Assembly: GCA_951406725.2 (NCBI GenBank) | Contig: OX597839.1 | Span: 40,052,001 to 40,116,000, forward strand | Direction of reading: 5' to 3' | Origin: Octopus vulgaris | Taxonomy: Eukaryota | DNA length: 64,000 nucleotides | Shown here: piece by piece, positions 43,301 through 58,127 of the stretch | Layout: each line of letters begins with the position of its first letter | How positions within the stretch are numbered: position 1 is the stretch's first letter | Notes under the pieces: generated by a model | Databases searched by the model: none | What the model saw: the letters and a program-made list of their open reading frames with translations, nothing else | What the model was told of the DNA's origin: nothing | Translations under genes and position numbers: made by a program

Positions 43301-43594
43301 TGTGTGCGTATGCGATTTTTATACACCACGAATATGTATATATATGTGCCTATATACATACCTACACGCACACAGAGACACACACACACACATACACACA
43401 TATAGCCATATGCACACATAGAAACACACAACTATATATACAGAAATATATATACATACATAATACTCACATACATAATACATACATACATACATACATA
43501 CAGATATATATATATATATATATGTACATATATATATATATATATATGTGTATATATATATATGTATATATATGTATGTATATATATGTATGTG

Positions 43595-43625
<31 letters not shown>

Positions 43626-43632
43626 ATATATT

Positions 43633-43702
<70 letters not shown>

Positions 43703-45371
43703 ATACGTAGTCGCATGCAGAAATACATACATCACATTATTGCGCAAGCTCGATATCCCAATACTGCAGCACGCGTCTAAAAATAAAGAGTATGTTGGCT
43801 TCTGACAATTGTTACCAATACACTGGACGCCATTTTCTCCTACGCTCCATTGACACATAAATTCACACCAAGATCGTACCAGACCGGATTCCCTTAATCT
43901 TCCTACAACATACCAATTGGTTCTTACTACTTAAATGAATTACAAGACGCCTCTTGTTTCGCTTCACTAAATTCTACATCGACCGTTTCCGATATTTTTT
44001 AATATAGTTATTTTATTTATGTGCTTAATTATTGCATTTGCACAAAATTTACGATGCATATATACATGCATATATATATATACATATATATACATACATA
44101 AATATATATTTATATAATATAATATAAAGGTATATATGTGTACATATGTATATATACATATATATATATATACACATATATTAGTTCTATATATATGTGT
44201 GTGTGTGAATTTATATTCGTATATATATATATATACATATATACATACATACTTAATATATATATGTGTATGTAAATATATATAAATATGTGTGTGTATG
44301 TATGTTTATATATATATATATATATATATGTAAATATAGATATGTATGTGTGTATGTAAAATGATACATATCTATCCGTCTGTCTGTCTGTCTGTTTATA
44401 TATATATATATGTAAATATAGATATGTATGTGTGTATGTAAAATGATACATATCTATCCGTCTGTCTGTCTGTTTCTATGTATGTATATATATATATATA
44501 TAGATGTTTGTAAGCATGCAAACGTGTCTGCGTGTGTGTATGTACGTTCGTGAGTGCGTACGTACGTACGTATGTATGGAAGTATGTGTGCATCTTTGTA
44601 TATGAAAAGTTTTAATGAAAAATCTTACATATAACATCGAAACGTAATAAATAATACGAAATGAACAAAAGTGAATACTGAATGCCACGGCGTCGGTTTT
44701 TGATATATGGCCATTTAGGCACCAACTTATACGTAGAATAACACAGGGAAACACACATACACACAAACAAACAAACGCACACATAAAGATAGATAGACTC
44801 TCAAATGTATATATATCTATATATGTATACTTTGTGTATTGAGCATGAGAGAGAGGTAGAGAGATAAAGTGTTTACTTATAATTAAAATGATTTGCGGAA
44901 TGATAACCCAATAAATTTATTAGAGAAGAAGAATGGATATAATTGGTAGATGGTGGTGCGAGGTAATAGTCCTGGTGGTTGTGGTGGTAGTGGTGGCAGT
45001 GGTGGTGGTCGTGGTTCTGGCGTTGGTGCTTGTGGTCGTCGTTTTAGTAACGGCAATGTTTACGGTAGTGAAGATGGCGAGCTGTCGGAAATGTTAGTGC
45101 AACGAACTAAGAACTTGGCAGCATTTGTTCTCAGTTCAAATTATTCTGCTGTCGATTTTTGCCTTTCGTTCGTTGGTGGGTTAATAAAGTAAATACCAGT
45201 TCAACACTGAAATCGACTAATCCCCTCTCCTTAAATTTCAGACAGGCCTTGTGCCTAGAATAGAAATTATAGGTCGAATCTTGCCCTTCAGTAATTTTGG
45301 TTTCGATAAAGCAAATACCTGTTGAGTACCGAGACTGATGGAATCGTCTCAACTGATCATCCGAAGTTGCT

Positions 45372-45403
<32 letters not shown>

Positions 45404-45494
45404 TATTATTTTTGTGTGAGAGAGCAGTACACGCTCTCAAAGTGACAGTAGGGGTACAAAGATACCAAGCACAGTATAGCCATCATAACTACCT

Positions 45495-45745
45495 TTCTGA
45501 TTTTTCCGAGACATGATACTCCTGAGATCTTATCTAGATATTTCTGACATCTCTTTTTTTTATCATATTAAGGGCACCTACAATAACAGGAAAAATCCTC
45601 GCTTTAAGATACCACGTCTTTTGTATTTCAATTTCCAGGTCCTTATATTTACATAATTTGTCAAATTCATTTACAGGTATATTTCTATCTGTGGGAACAC
45701 TTACATCTATTTGTCTACAAGTATTTTCTTCTTGTCTTTAATAAT
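45495..45745 (-). mobile_element. Old R4/Dong-like endonuclease fragment (third subfamily)
   Basis: Minus strand reads CRQIDVSVPTDRNIPVNEFDKLCKYKDLEIEIQKTWYLKARIFPVIVGAL. Confidence 0.8.
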
Positions 45746-45881
45746 AACAGGTGTATTGGTTTGACGCTCGGGAAGGTGAGAAAGTGTTTTAAGTTTCGAG
45801 CCTACGCACTTCAAAAGAAAGGAACACGAAATATATAGAGAGGGAATATTGATTTAGCAGTCAATATATGTGTGTGTGAGT

Positions 45882-45940
<59 letters not shown>

Positions 45941-46103
45941 TTTGTGTGTGTGCTTTCATAAGTGCCGACTCACGAAACTTTGTCCTCAAGCCACTCTGTT
46001 ACGTCTGCTAAGTATTAATTAAAATATGCATGTCCTCCTACAGTGAATTTTCTATTTTTTATATCACTATATCAGTGTGTGTGTATTTGTGTGTATGTGT
46101 ATA

Positions 46104-46400
<297 letters not shown>

Positions 46401-46426
46401 TGCTGTTTTTTTTTAAGGCGGTAGGA

Positions 46427-46950
46427 TGAGTTTTCAGGGAGACTTGGCTGCCATTTCCAGCTATTCGTGTAACGGCATAAAAACCTCTACGTTAATTAAT
46501 ACAAAAATAAAGATGATATTATCGTAATACTGTTGGTGGTGGTTGCGGTGGTGGTTGTGGCGATGGTGGTGGTAGTGGTGGTGGCGGCGGTGGTGATAAT
46601 GGTGAATACTGCATTGAAGGTGGAATGTGAGGGAGATTTTGGCAACCACTTCAAGCTGGTCGAATAAACTAACTACATAAAAAGTTCCCTCATTAGTTAA
46701 TGTTAATAAAGTTAAGGATATTGAATGTGGTGATGATGATGGTGGTGGTGGTGGTGTGGTGGTGGTGGTGGTGGTGGAGGCGGCAGCGGTGGCGTCGGTG
46801 GCATCGGTGCCGGCGGTGGTTGATAATGGCGGTCGTTGCTCTCAGAATGAGCTTTGAGGGAGACTTTGGCAGGCATTTCAAGCTGATCAAGTAACCACCA
46901 CATAAAAAGCTCCCTCATTGGTTAATGCTCATAAAGTATGTTGAACGCGG
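46427..46950 (+). repeat. Three diverged modules of about 100 bp separated by (GGT)n tracts
   Basis: GGGAGA(C/T)TT(T)GGC..CA(T/C)TTC.AGCT..CATAAAAA..TTAAT near 46437, 46630 and 46858. Confidence 0.75.
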
Positions 46951-47606
46951 TAATGGCGCTAGAAATGGTAGCAGCGATGGTGGCGATGGAGTTAATGATA
47001 ATGGCTGCAGTTGCTGCTGTTGTTGCTGCTGTCGTTGCTGCTGTCGTTGCTGCTGATGTCGTTGCTGCTGTTGCTGTTGCTGTTACTACTGCAGCGGTTT
47101 GTGATCGTGTTTATAAAACTTGGAAACGATGTGTTGCAACAGAGAGAGGCGAGAAGAGAAAAATGGCGGCCATAATAAATTCGTAGGAATGTGTTTCATT
47201 TGAGGCAGCAAGACGTTTCATTAATATTCCCATTGATTGTCTTTATTAAAGTTGCCAATTTTATGTCTTAACATTCAAACGGTCGCCCTTTAATCAATGT
47301 ACAACTGACTTATGAAATACTGTGATTAGTAGTAAGATTATAATGATTATTATGATTTATTGTGATTTATAAAAGCTGATGATGAAAGTATATCTGATGG
47401 ACTTTAACGGGCGTTTGAGAGGTGTTGAAGATTGCGAATGTGGAGAACCGATTCTCTGGAAGCAACCTAGATATTAGTCACTCTATTTGTATCTCATTCT
47501 CTCTCTCACTCCTTCCGTCTTTCTTTCTCTCTTTTTTTTATCTCTCCCTCGATGTATGTATGAATATTTGGTTATGCATATATATATATACATTTATAGA
47601 CATTTA

Positions 47607-47652
<46 letters not shown>

Positions 47653-47831
47653 TATATGCATGTATATGTGCATGTACATATATTTCTAAATAGCTGTACT
47701 CATGCACACATACGCACTATACGCATATATGTGTGTGTATCTCTCTCTCTTTATATATATACACGCACATATATTCATCTATCAACCTATGCCTCTCTTT
47801 CTACCTCTACCTTTATCTCTCTTTATATATA

Positions 47832-47862
<31 letters not shown>

Positions 47863-47882
47863 GCATATATACATACACACAT

Positions 47883-47915
<33 letters not shown>

Positions 47916-48119
47916 GAGAGAGAGAGAGAGGGAGGGGATATATATATATATCAATGTAAACACATATATATATATATCATATGAATACTTACATATACGC
48001 ACGTATACATACATAAATATGCATGTATACACCAGACTAATTCATTTGTCCATGTAACACCATGTGATCATCTATCTATATATATATATATATACATAAA
48101 ATTCTAAGCAACTTTAATT

Positions 48120-48170
<51 letters not shown>

Positions 48171-48501
48171 GAGGTGTATTAAAATTCGTTCTAACATTTA
48201 ATACATACAAATATATTAAGTGGTCGTTCGAATTTTGGGATACACTGTATATATATATGTATGTATCTCACTCTCTCTCTCCCTTGATATATATATATAT
48301 ATATATACACATACATACACGCAGGTACATATAAACATATATGTTGGTAAAATGCGTGATGTAGAGGTTAGCGGGTTGCATTTCTGCACATGATTTCGAA
48401 TCCCTGAACGAGCAATGCGTTGTCTTTTTAAGTAAAACACTACATCGGACGTGGAGCGCACCGAGCATCTGTATAGGCAATGCCGATGTGTTGAAGAGAG
48501 A

Positions 48502-48555
<54 letters not shown>

Positions 48556-48832
48556 GAGAGAGAGAGGAAAGGAGGGAGAGAGAGAGAGTGTGAGAGAGAG
48601 AGTTGAGAGAGAGGAAGAGAGAAAGAGAGAGAGAAAGCTAATATAGGGTACTTCCATTAGATCACAATAAGCAAATCATCAGAGCGGGTGGGCTATTCAC
48701 CTGAGCTTTCGCGGGACCATCCCCTGCCATTTACTGCAGGAAACAGAACGCAGAGTCGAAATGAGTTCCGGAAACAATGTGTCGGGTGGTGTGACAACTC
48801 TGCCACGCGGCCGCCTTGTGTAACTATATATA

Positions 48833-49105
48833 CACATTCTCCACGACTTACGACCAAGTTCCGTTCCGACTGGGAGGTCGTACGTAAGTCGAACTGGTCG
48901 TATGTCGGGTTTATATTTTTCAATACTGTTTTAATTCAAACTCAAATGATACTCGAAAGCGACTGAGAGACAGTGGTAGGTAGAGGATGCCAGGTTCTGA
49001 GGGAAGCCTGCCTTGCCAGATGCTGCCATAGTTACCGTACGCGCTGCTGCCCAACGTCCGAAAATCGATGGTCGTACGTCGCATAGGTTGTAAGTCGAGA
49101 AAGTG
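48833..49105. mobile_element. Tc1/mariner-superfamily (Tigger/pogo-like) MITE
   Basis: TIRs CACATTCTCCACGACTTACGACC / GGTTGTAAGTCGAGAAAGTG, TA on both flanks, internal GGTCGTA repeats. Confidence 0.75.
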
Positions 49106-49380
49106 TATATACGTACGCACATTTGGCTTGTTAAAATATGTTTGCAATATACTCGAAATCGTACAGGGAATCTTCACTGTAGTTAAGCTATAGACACAAT
49201 TCTCTCTTACGATGAGAAGTCAAAATCAAAAATAAAAAGAAGTAGCATATCTGCCTTTTCTTTCCCTTCAGTAGACATCCAGACGTGTTTCTGGTTCCCT
49301 AACTTTCTTCCATAGGAAGCACGGAAGGGAGATAATCCTGGCAAACAGCAAGCCGTAGATTTTATCCCAAAGCAATCAAC

Positions 49381-49794
49381 AGAGTGGCTGTGTGGTAAGT
49401 ACCTTGCTTACCAACCACATGGTTCCGGGTTCAGTCCCACTGCGTGGCATCTTGGGTAAGTGTCTTCTACTATAGCCTCGGGCCGACCAAAGCCTTGTGA
49501 GTGGATTTGGTAGACAGAAACTGAAAGAAGCCCGTCGTGTATACATGTATATATATATATATGTGTGTGTGCGTGTATGTGTTTGTGTGTCTGTGTTTGT
49601 CCCCCTAGCATTGCTTGACAACCGATGCTGGTGTGTTTACGTCCCCGTCACTTAGCGGTTCGGCAAAAGAGACCGATAGAATAAGTACTGGGCTTACAAA
49701 GAATATGTCCCGGGGTCGAGTGGCTCGACTAAAAGGCGGTGCTCCAGCATGGCCGCAGTCAAATGACTGAAACAAGTAAAAGAGAGTAAAAGAG
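49381..49794 (+). mobile_element. SINE family A, near full length
   Basis: A and B boxes, internal microsatellite, GTAAAAGA tail. Confidence 0.92.
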
Positions 49795-49920
49795 AACAAT
49801 AACAGGGTTTAGCTCATGGACCGCCTGGTCGGAATAGAAATAGCAGAACCCGTGCCAAGCAATGACGAAGAATGAACGGTCTTTGCGTCATTAGAATATG
49901 TTTGCATATTTGAAATTTTA

Positions 49921-50153
49921 AAGGCAGATTAACTGCAGTTGCCGTGGAGAACAAAAATTCTCTCATCCGGTTAAAGGTGTAAGGAAAAACACCAAACCTG
50001 CACAGTGGTTCCCTCTACCGGTTTCACAGTCGCATTTCTAGCATTTTAACCGGCCCCAATAGGAAACAGAGAAGCGAGGCAACGCCGGGTAGATTCGAAG
50101 TCTTAGCTTTAGAGAAAATCTTTTCTCCAGAGTAACTGCAGTGAATCTGCCTT
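49921..50153. mobile_element. MITE with imperfect TIRs of about 43 bp (Kolobok-like TTAA|AGG start)
   Basis: AAGGCAGATTAACTGCAGTT..GGAGAA..TTCTCT pairs with AGAGAA..TTCTCC..AACTGCAGTGAATCTGCCTT; inner pair CCGGTTAAA/TTTAACCGG. Confidence 0.7.
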
Positions 50154-50335
50154 GAGAAGTTAAAATGGCACAAGAATATTTCAACTAGACTAAATATATA
50201 TTTTATATATATATATATATAAAGATGAGATCGTTAATTTAAATATCGATCTTATCAAGTGGCCTGCATGGGAATAAAAAGCTTCAAAGGTAATAATCAT
50301 TATTAAAATTATAATTTAGGGTACCTAAGGGATAC

Positions 50336-50431
50336 CGCCACGCTGAAAATAGTTGCCAAAATCTGACTCTAAAACCACATTAAATGTTCATACAGCGCCA
50401 GGAGAAAATGGCTGCTATTTTCAGCGTGGCG
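50336..50431. repeat. 23-bp inverted repeat hairpin
   Basis: CGCCACGCTGAAAATAGTTGCCA versus TGGCTGCTATTTTCAGCGTGGCG (21 of 23 complementary). Confidence 0.85.
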
Positions 50432-50504
50432 TGTGTGTGTGTATGTATGTATATACTGCATATATATATATGAATATATGTATATATATAATATATATAT
50501 ATAT

Positions 50505-50545
<41 letters not shown>

Positions 50546-50591
50546 CATATATATATATATATATATATATACCTATATATGTATATATATA

Positions 50592-50637
<46 letters not shown>

Positions 50638-51226
50638 CATGTATATGTATAGATAGACATATACGCACGCGCATACAAACATTGCATTACATAAGACTTG
50701 TAAAGTATATTACGAATATACTTTATGGTGCGCAAACTTTCTTTGATGTATAATTCAGTTACATTAGGTGCACTGAGAAATATTTATAACACAACACACA
50801 CACACACGTACACATACACACGCACACACACACATATTTAGGAAAAGATAGAGAAACACGGGCATTAATCTCACCTACATTAGCAGAGTGTAAACTTTGT
50901 CAGCATAGATTTCGTAGTTATCTCTCGTGTTCTTTTATAAAAAAACGAAATCGTCGTTGAAATAATATTCTTTATTACTGTAAGTGATCTTGTTTCAATT
51001 GACTTTAGGTGCCGCACTCTAGGATTGAAACCGCGCTGCCTGTCGTTGGGAAACGTACTTTCTAGACTTAAGTTTATATCTGCGTCAACACGCGAATGCA
51101 CACGCAGGCACACACGTTTCTGCGTGCGTACGCAGACACACACGCGCGTGTGTACACCACAGCGACACACATACGTGTATATATTCTTTCTTTCTTTCTA
51201 TCTATCTATCTATATATATATATACA

Positions 51227-51310
<84 letters not shown>

Positions 51311-51351
51311 TGCGTATATAGCAAGCTACGAATAATTTGTTTGCAAACTTA

Positions 51352-51401
<50 letters not shown>

Positions 51402-51590
51402 CACGTACAAGCAGGTTTAGATACGTAGATATACCTTTGCGTGCGCGCTTGCATGTGTGTGTGAGTGTGTGTGTATGTGTGTAAATATGCATGTTTCTAC
51501 ATTTACATCTATGAATCTAAGCGTATGTATATGTATTGATTACCATATTTATCTATTTATCTTTCTCTCTACATAAACACACAGAGAAAT

Positions 51591-51672
<82 letters not shown>

Positions 51673-51802
51673 CCGCATCTGTTATTTCGTATATTATAAT
51701 ATTTGCATGTGCATATGTGCATGTATACAAACACAGATATGCATGTATATATATGTATGTATGTATGTATGTATATATGTATGTATATATATATATATTT
51801 AT

Positions 51803-51844
<42 letters not shown>

Positions 51845-52171
51845 ACACATACAGAAATGTATGTATATATTGCTATGTGTGTGTGTTTGTATGTATATAT
51901 AAATATATATGTATGCATATTCCAAACCGTTTATCTTTCATTTATCCTGTTATCTTCCGCATTCTACATTCTGCCATTTATTTATTTATTCATCCATCCA
52001 TCCGTCCATCGATCTGCGTTGACGCACGTACAAGAACATTACCACCACCACCACCACCACCATCAACAACAACAACAACAACACCGCCACAACTATCATC
52101 ATCATCATCATCATCACCATCGCATGTACGCGTACGTACGTACGTTCAGCTAATCTAACATTTTATCCCAG

Positions 52172-52202
52172 CAGGCGTTGAGAATCTTCACTCTAATGAA
52201 AG
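52172..52202 (+). other. Candidate micro-exon (31 nt, or 28 nt using the NAGNAG alternative acceptor)
   Basis: CTAAC branch-like site, TTTTATCCCAG|CAG acceptor and AAG|GTAAGC donor in unique sequence. Confidence 0.35.
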
Positions 52203-52827
52203 GTAAGCAAATGACAAATGGGCGCCGTTTTCATCTCTCTACTTTCACTTTCGCCGGCTTTCAGCTGTTTGCCGCGTTTGATAACATATTTAATGCCAAT
52301 TTAACATCTCCTGGAAGCCATAAGCCAAGATAAATTGACTGACGTCAAGGAACAACGATCAACCACTAACACCGAAATACTAGATCTTATTCCTTCTTCC
52401 TTACCTTAATAACAACGTTTTATATAGAAATACTTTTGTTCTTACTGTTTTTTGTAGCTCGTGTATATGTTTTTTGTGTGCTTGTATGTGGATGCCACTG
52501 CGTAAGAATGTGTATTGTGTGAAGGTGTGTAGTTTGGAGTGGTGTGTGTATATGTGTAAAGTGAAAGCAAGTGCTGTTAGATAAAAGCATGTGAATGTAT
52601 AGTAGAAGGTTTAGGAAATATTTTCTTGATATTTATAAGCATGATGTCTTATATATTATCAATATATATACAACATATACAAACGTGCATATATGTATGT
52701 ATACAAAAAAATAATATATATATATATGTCTATATATTCATATAAAAAATGGGTATATGTATATATTTATGTATATGCATATATATATAAACATATATGG
52801 ATATACATACATACGTACATACATACA

Positions 52828-52859
<32 letters not shown>

Positions 52860-52865
52860 CACACG

Positions 52866-52897
<32 letters not shown>

Positions 52898-53020
52898 GAG
52901 AGATAGAAAGATAGATAGATACATGGATATACATATATGTATATATATATGGAGGTATATACATATACATATATATGTATTTATATGGATGTATATATAC
53001 ATACATACATAACATATAGA

Positions 53021-53060
<40 letters not shown>

Positions 53061-53280
53061 TACACATGCATATGTGTGTGTGTGCGCGTGTGTATACCAA
53101 ATCAGATAATTGACACAAAAATGTCATATTTTATGGTTTATTTACTGAGAATTACATGCTTATGCCTGTATTTATGTATGTATGTATGTATATATATATA
53201 TATACATATGTATATATATGTGTGTGTATGTATGTATGTATGTATATATATATATGTGTGTGTGTGTATATATATTTGGG

Positions 53281-53560
53281 GACGGGGTGCATGACTTAGT
53301 GGTTAGGGTGTTACAGTCATGATAGCGAGATATTGACATTTGTTCCTAGACCGGGTGATGCGTTGTGTTCTTGAGCAAAACCCCTTCATCTCACGTTGCT
53401 CTATAATCGCATCAACACCTGTCACGTGGTACACATTACACCCGCTCAGGCAACGTTGATTTGCTGGAGAGCATGAGCCAATGTGCGGCACATGCATTTG
53501 ATCACTATAAACGAACCATTTGCGCAGATCGTTCGGCAAAAGCTGAATGCCGATACGTAT
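53281..53560 (+). mobile_element. Diverged tRNA-SINE related to family E
   Basis: TGACTTAGTGGTTAG A box, GTGTTCTTGAGCAA core, CATTTGATCACTATAAAC shared with 34503. Confidence 0.7.
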
Positions 53561-53900
53561 ATACAGGCATAGGCATGCCATTGCTTTCTGGAAACAAACT
53601 CGAAATTTTAATTTAGTGTCAATTATCTAATTATTTAATTAATTAATTAATTAGTTCATTGTCAATAAGGCAGGAGGGAACTATAACCACTGCGTGAGCG
53701 AGGAGGGTGGGTGTGTTTTATTAGCAAAATAAATCGCCCAATGTAAAACAATATTCGTTTTGACGCACAAATTCCTGTAAAGAATCGTGAATAAAGAATC
53801 CACAGATGAATATCAACACGTTTATACAGACGGTCATACAAGTATACACATATATATACACACATCCATCACATCCATATACGTGCATATATGTGGATAT

Positions 53901-53956
<56 letters not shown>

Positions 53957-53981
53957 TTATGTATATATATATATATATATG

Positions 53982-54032
<51 letters not shown>

Positions 54033-54584
54033 CGGGAAGCTTTATGAAAATAAACAAAAGACGAAGGCAGGTGGAATACAAAGAAACAATTGTATTAGTA
54101 TAGCGCTCAGGAATATAAATAAAACAAGTCTTTTACGTTTAGAGCCTACGCACACACACACACACACACATATATGATATGTGTGTCTTTGTATATATAT
54201 GTGTGTGTGTGTGACTGTTAGAAATAGTGTTGCTGGAATGAAGTGTCGTGTGGCATTTATAGTTACTAAAATTACTTTGAAGCCAGGATAATGGAAATTG
54301 TAAATTGATATTCAAGGAATGGACACACACCTGCAACGGTGTGTGCACGCCAGCCAACTGCGTCATCACAACAACCATAGCGGAGTGATTGTACTCCAAC
54401 GTGCTGTGAGAAATACACTACTGGTTTCTAGTCAAGGATCAAAGATTCATCCTAGGGAGAACGATAGTTCTTGCATGTTGTCCGATTGTAGTGCGTATGA
54501 GCTGGTCTGTTTTTGGCCTCGAATCGCATTTTTTCTATATTCTTTCTTCGACATTTCCTAACATGGCTGAGTGGCTACCATGCT

Positions 54585-54672
54585 CATTTTGCAACCACGG
54601 ACGAATAAACAAACAAACAATCAAATACGACTGAAAACAAAACCTCCGTCTCCGCTAAGGCGGAGGTAATAA
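54585..54672 (-). mobile_element. 5' end of a Helentron/DINE-like non-autonomous element
   Basis: Minus strand reads TTATTACCTCCGCC..CGGAGGTTTTGTTTTC followed by (GTTT)n: a subterminal inverted repeat plus microsatellite. Confidence 0.45.
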
Positions 54673-54858
54673 GAGGCTTCTGGTTTGTACTGGAGGTACC
54701 GGCTCTGATGGGAATGTTAAACCGATATAATATTTCTGTTGATATTATCGCTCCAAAAGTGTGCAAAAATCCATTAACTTCACTAAGACATCATTTGTTA
54801 TCAGAATTTTCGTTGCATTAAATGCAACCTGACAACTGACAACGTTCAGTGCATTTGG

Positions 54859-54924
<66 letters not shown>

Positions 54925-55295
54925 GGCTACTTACCAACCACATGGTTCGGGGTTCATTCCCACCGCGTGGCATCTTGGGCAAGTGTCTTCTACTATAGCC
55001 TCGGCCAGACCAAAGCATTGTGAGGTGGATTTGGTAGACGGAAACTGAAAGAAGCCCGTCGTAGATATGCATGTATGTGCATGTGTGTGTATGTTTGTGT
55101 GTCTGTGTTTGTCCTCCAGCATCGCTTGACCACCGGAGGTTGTGTGTTTGCCTCTCCGTAATTTAGCAGTTCGGCAAAAGTGACCTATAGAGTAAATACT
55201 AGGCTTACAATGAATAAGTCCTGGGGTTTGATTTGCTCGACTAAAGGCGGTGCTACAGTATGGCCGCAGTCAAATGACTGAAACAAGTAAAAGAG
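54925..55295 (+). mobile_element. SINE family A (A box lost)
   Basis: Matches the other family A copies. Confidence 0.88.
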
Positions 55296-55322
55296 TATAT
55301 ACATATATATATATATACATAC

Positions 55323-55407
<85 letters not shown>

Positions 55408-55864
55408 CTACAGTTTATAGTAAATGTAAAGACCTGCAGTGTACATAAATATGAGTGTATGTATGCACGTATGTGTGTGTGTATGTATGTATGTATGTAT
55501 GTATATATGTATGTATGTATGTATGTATCTATCTATCTATTTATTTATTTTCACTCTGATGAAGCTCCATGATTCAAATCGGCTTCATTACCAACTATGA
55601 TAAATATTCTCCTAGCATCATGACGGTAATTCAAACGAACATTGGCAGCAGAAACGGCTGTTAGACAGGACGTAGTTTTTCTGTAAATCATTAATAAATA
55701 ATAATTGATGAAAATCAATATTATCTCCATTTCGCATTTTCTTTAAATTTTGCTGTTATCCTTGTCTTTACTTCTAATTTATGAGCATAATATTTTTGCC
55801 CATGTTTAAATATAGGTACTGTTATGCCCTGGACGGTTATTTTAACCTCTAACACAAGTAGCCT

Positions 55865-55940
<76 letters not shown>

Positions 55941-55944
55941 ATAA

Positions 55945-56116
55945 TCTTCGAAACACGCATTGAGTCGAACCAGGGGCAGCTGATGAAGGGGAATTTTTCC
56001 TTGTATTGTTTGTCCTTGTACTCTGTTTTTTCGTTGTTAAAAAAAAGTCCGTTTCTTTGTTTGATTTTATGTTTTCGTTTCTCGTTGTGTTCTACGTTTA
56101 TTTGTGGTGTCCTGTA

Positions 56117-56120
<4 letters not shown>
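55945..56120 (+). mobile_element. Short (TA)n-flanked repeat with hammerhead half-motifs
   Basis: Homologous to 1895-2070; CGAAAC...CTGATGAAGGGG. Confidence 0.5.
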
Positions 56121-56164
<44 letters not shown>

Positions 56165-56393
56165 GATATAGAAAAATACTGTGACAAGAACGCGTAACAC
56201 TTAGAAGACGATATAGCCCTCATATCAAGAACCGGATATAGTAATTTATGATATATATATATATATATGCATGTATATATACATATAGATGTAAGTATGT
56301 ACATATATGTATGTATATATGCATATGTTTTATTTATTTATTATATTGTTATTATATGATCAAACGCACGCGTTGTTTCTCTTCTCCAAGTAA

Positions 56394-56463
<70 letters not shown>

Positions 56464-56545
56464 TATATATACATACACATATATGTATATACACACACAT
56501 ATATATATATATATGTATGTATGCATGTATGTATACATATATGTA

Positions 56546-56576
<31 letters not shown>

Positions 56577-57932
56577 ACATGTGTACGTGTGTCTGTATTT
56601 GCGGAGAGAAAGGTGAGACAGAGAGAAAGTAGAAGATACAGACATAAGACAGTTTAGTCAAGCAGATATCGAATAAAGGGGGGCAGGAAAAGGAAAAGAA
56701 GCGAAGAAGGTGGCGATGACAACAAACTATTTAATTCCCGATGATCGAACAGGCAAGATTAAGATTGATCACTGATTACACTATAGGAAGGATGAGGTGG
56801 GTAAACTGGGAAGCTGAACGTGTGACGTGTGATTGCCACGTGACTAGAAGAGCTGCTACATGTTTGATAAGAGAGTATGGCGGTAAGCAAACCGGGCTGG
56901 ACTTATATTGGATAAATTGATAGATAAATAGATAGGTTGGTTCGTGCTGTTATGTTGAATGGTATGTAATGGTAATGAGTTGTAAGTGGGTGGGCACGGG
57001 TGGGTTGGATAGACTTTTTGGTTTTAGTTTGGAATAAATAGCTGATGTATTCAAGGTTGGATAGGTTCGATGGCTGATAGATAAGTGAGATTAATTGGAG
57101 GTGATTTAAGACAGGTAGAAACAAATTAATGGTTGTATATATATATATATAATATAATACAATATAACATAATATAATATATATATATATATATATAATA
57201 TATATATATATATATTTATATATATAAATATATACACATATATATATACACAAATACATATGTATATATATATACAGTATATATATTTAGTAATACATAT
57301 ACATGCATATATACAAACACGTATATAAGAATATATATAAGTGAAGAAATACTCATTTATAGGCTTATATATATATGAGTGTGTATACGCACTCGCGCGC
57401 GCACACTTATACACACATATATATGTATAAGTGTGTGTATACGCACTCGCGCGCACACACTTATACACACATATGTACGTATAAGTGTGTATAAAATATA
57501 CATGTACCTACATGTATATGTATATAGATGTGCCCGTTCATACATGTATGTACATATATATATATATACACACAGAAGGTTAATGAAGAAATAGATATTA
57601 GTGTATGCGTGTGTGCGTGCGTGTATGTATATGTGTGTGTGTGTCTATATATATGTGTGTGCGTGCGCTTGTGTGTCTACACGTTCAGATTAAGTAAACA
57701 GGCATTATGTGATGGAGTACACCCATGCTTCTACTAGAAACAGCAGCTAAATCCCACTAACTTCTCCCTGTACCACTTTATATGTTCCCTGTGATGTCTC
57801 TTATAGCAGACTTCAAGTTCAGAGCTCAAATATCTCTTTGTGGGATCACAATATCACAGAGGAAATTTATGGACAGACTCAAACGATTGTCTCAGTACAT
57901 GCATATATACCTATATATAGATGATGATGATG

Positions 57933-57991
<59 letters not shown>

Positions 57992-58011
57992 TAATAATAA
58001 TAATAATAATG

Positions 58012-58048
<37 letters not shown>

Positions 58049-58050
58049 TG

Positions 58051-58123
<73 letters not shown>

Positions 58124-58127
58124 TAAT

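Noticed and set aside
50070-50100. GCAACGCCGGG resembling a Helitron 3' hairpin
   Set aside because: The left arm and CTAG end are missing, and it lies inside a TIR-bounded MITE.
55555-55592. CTGATGA followed by a hairpin (also minus strand near 3915-3945)
   Set aside because: No GAAA follows stem II.
55945-55992. Possible type II hammerhead (GAAAC..GTC..CTGATGA)
   Set aside because: Stem I does not pair and stem III is one pair long; kept only as a fragmentary signature.
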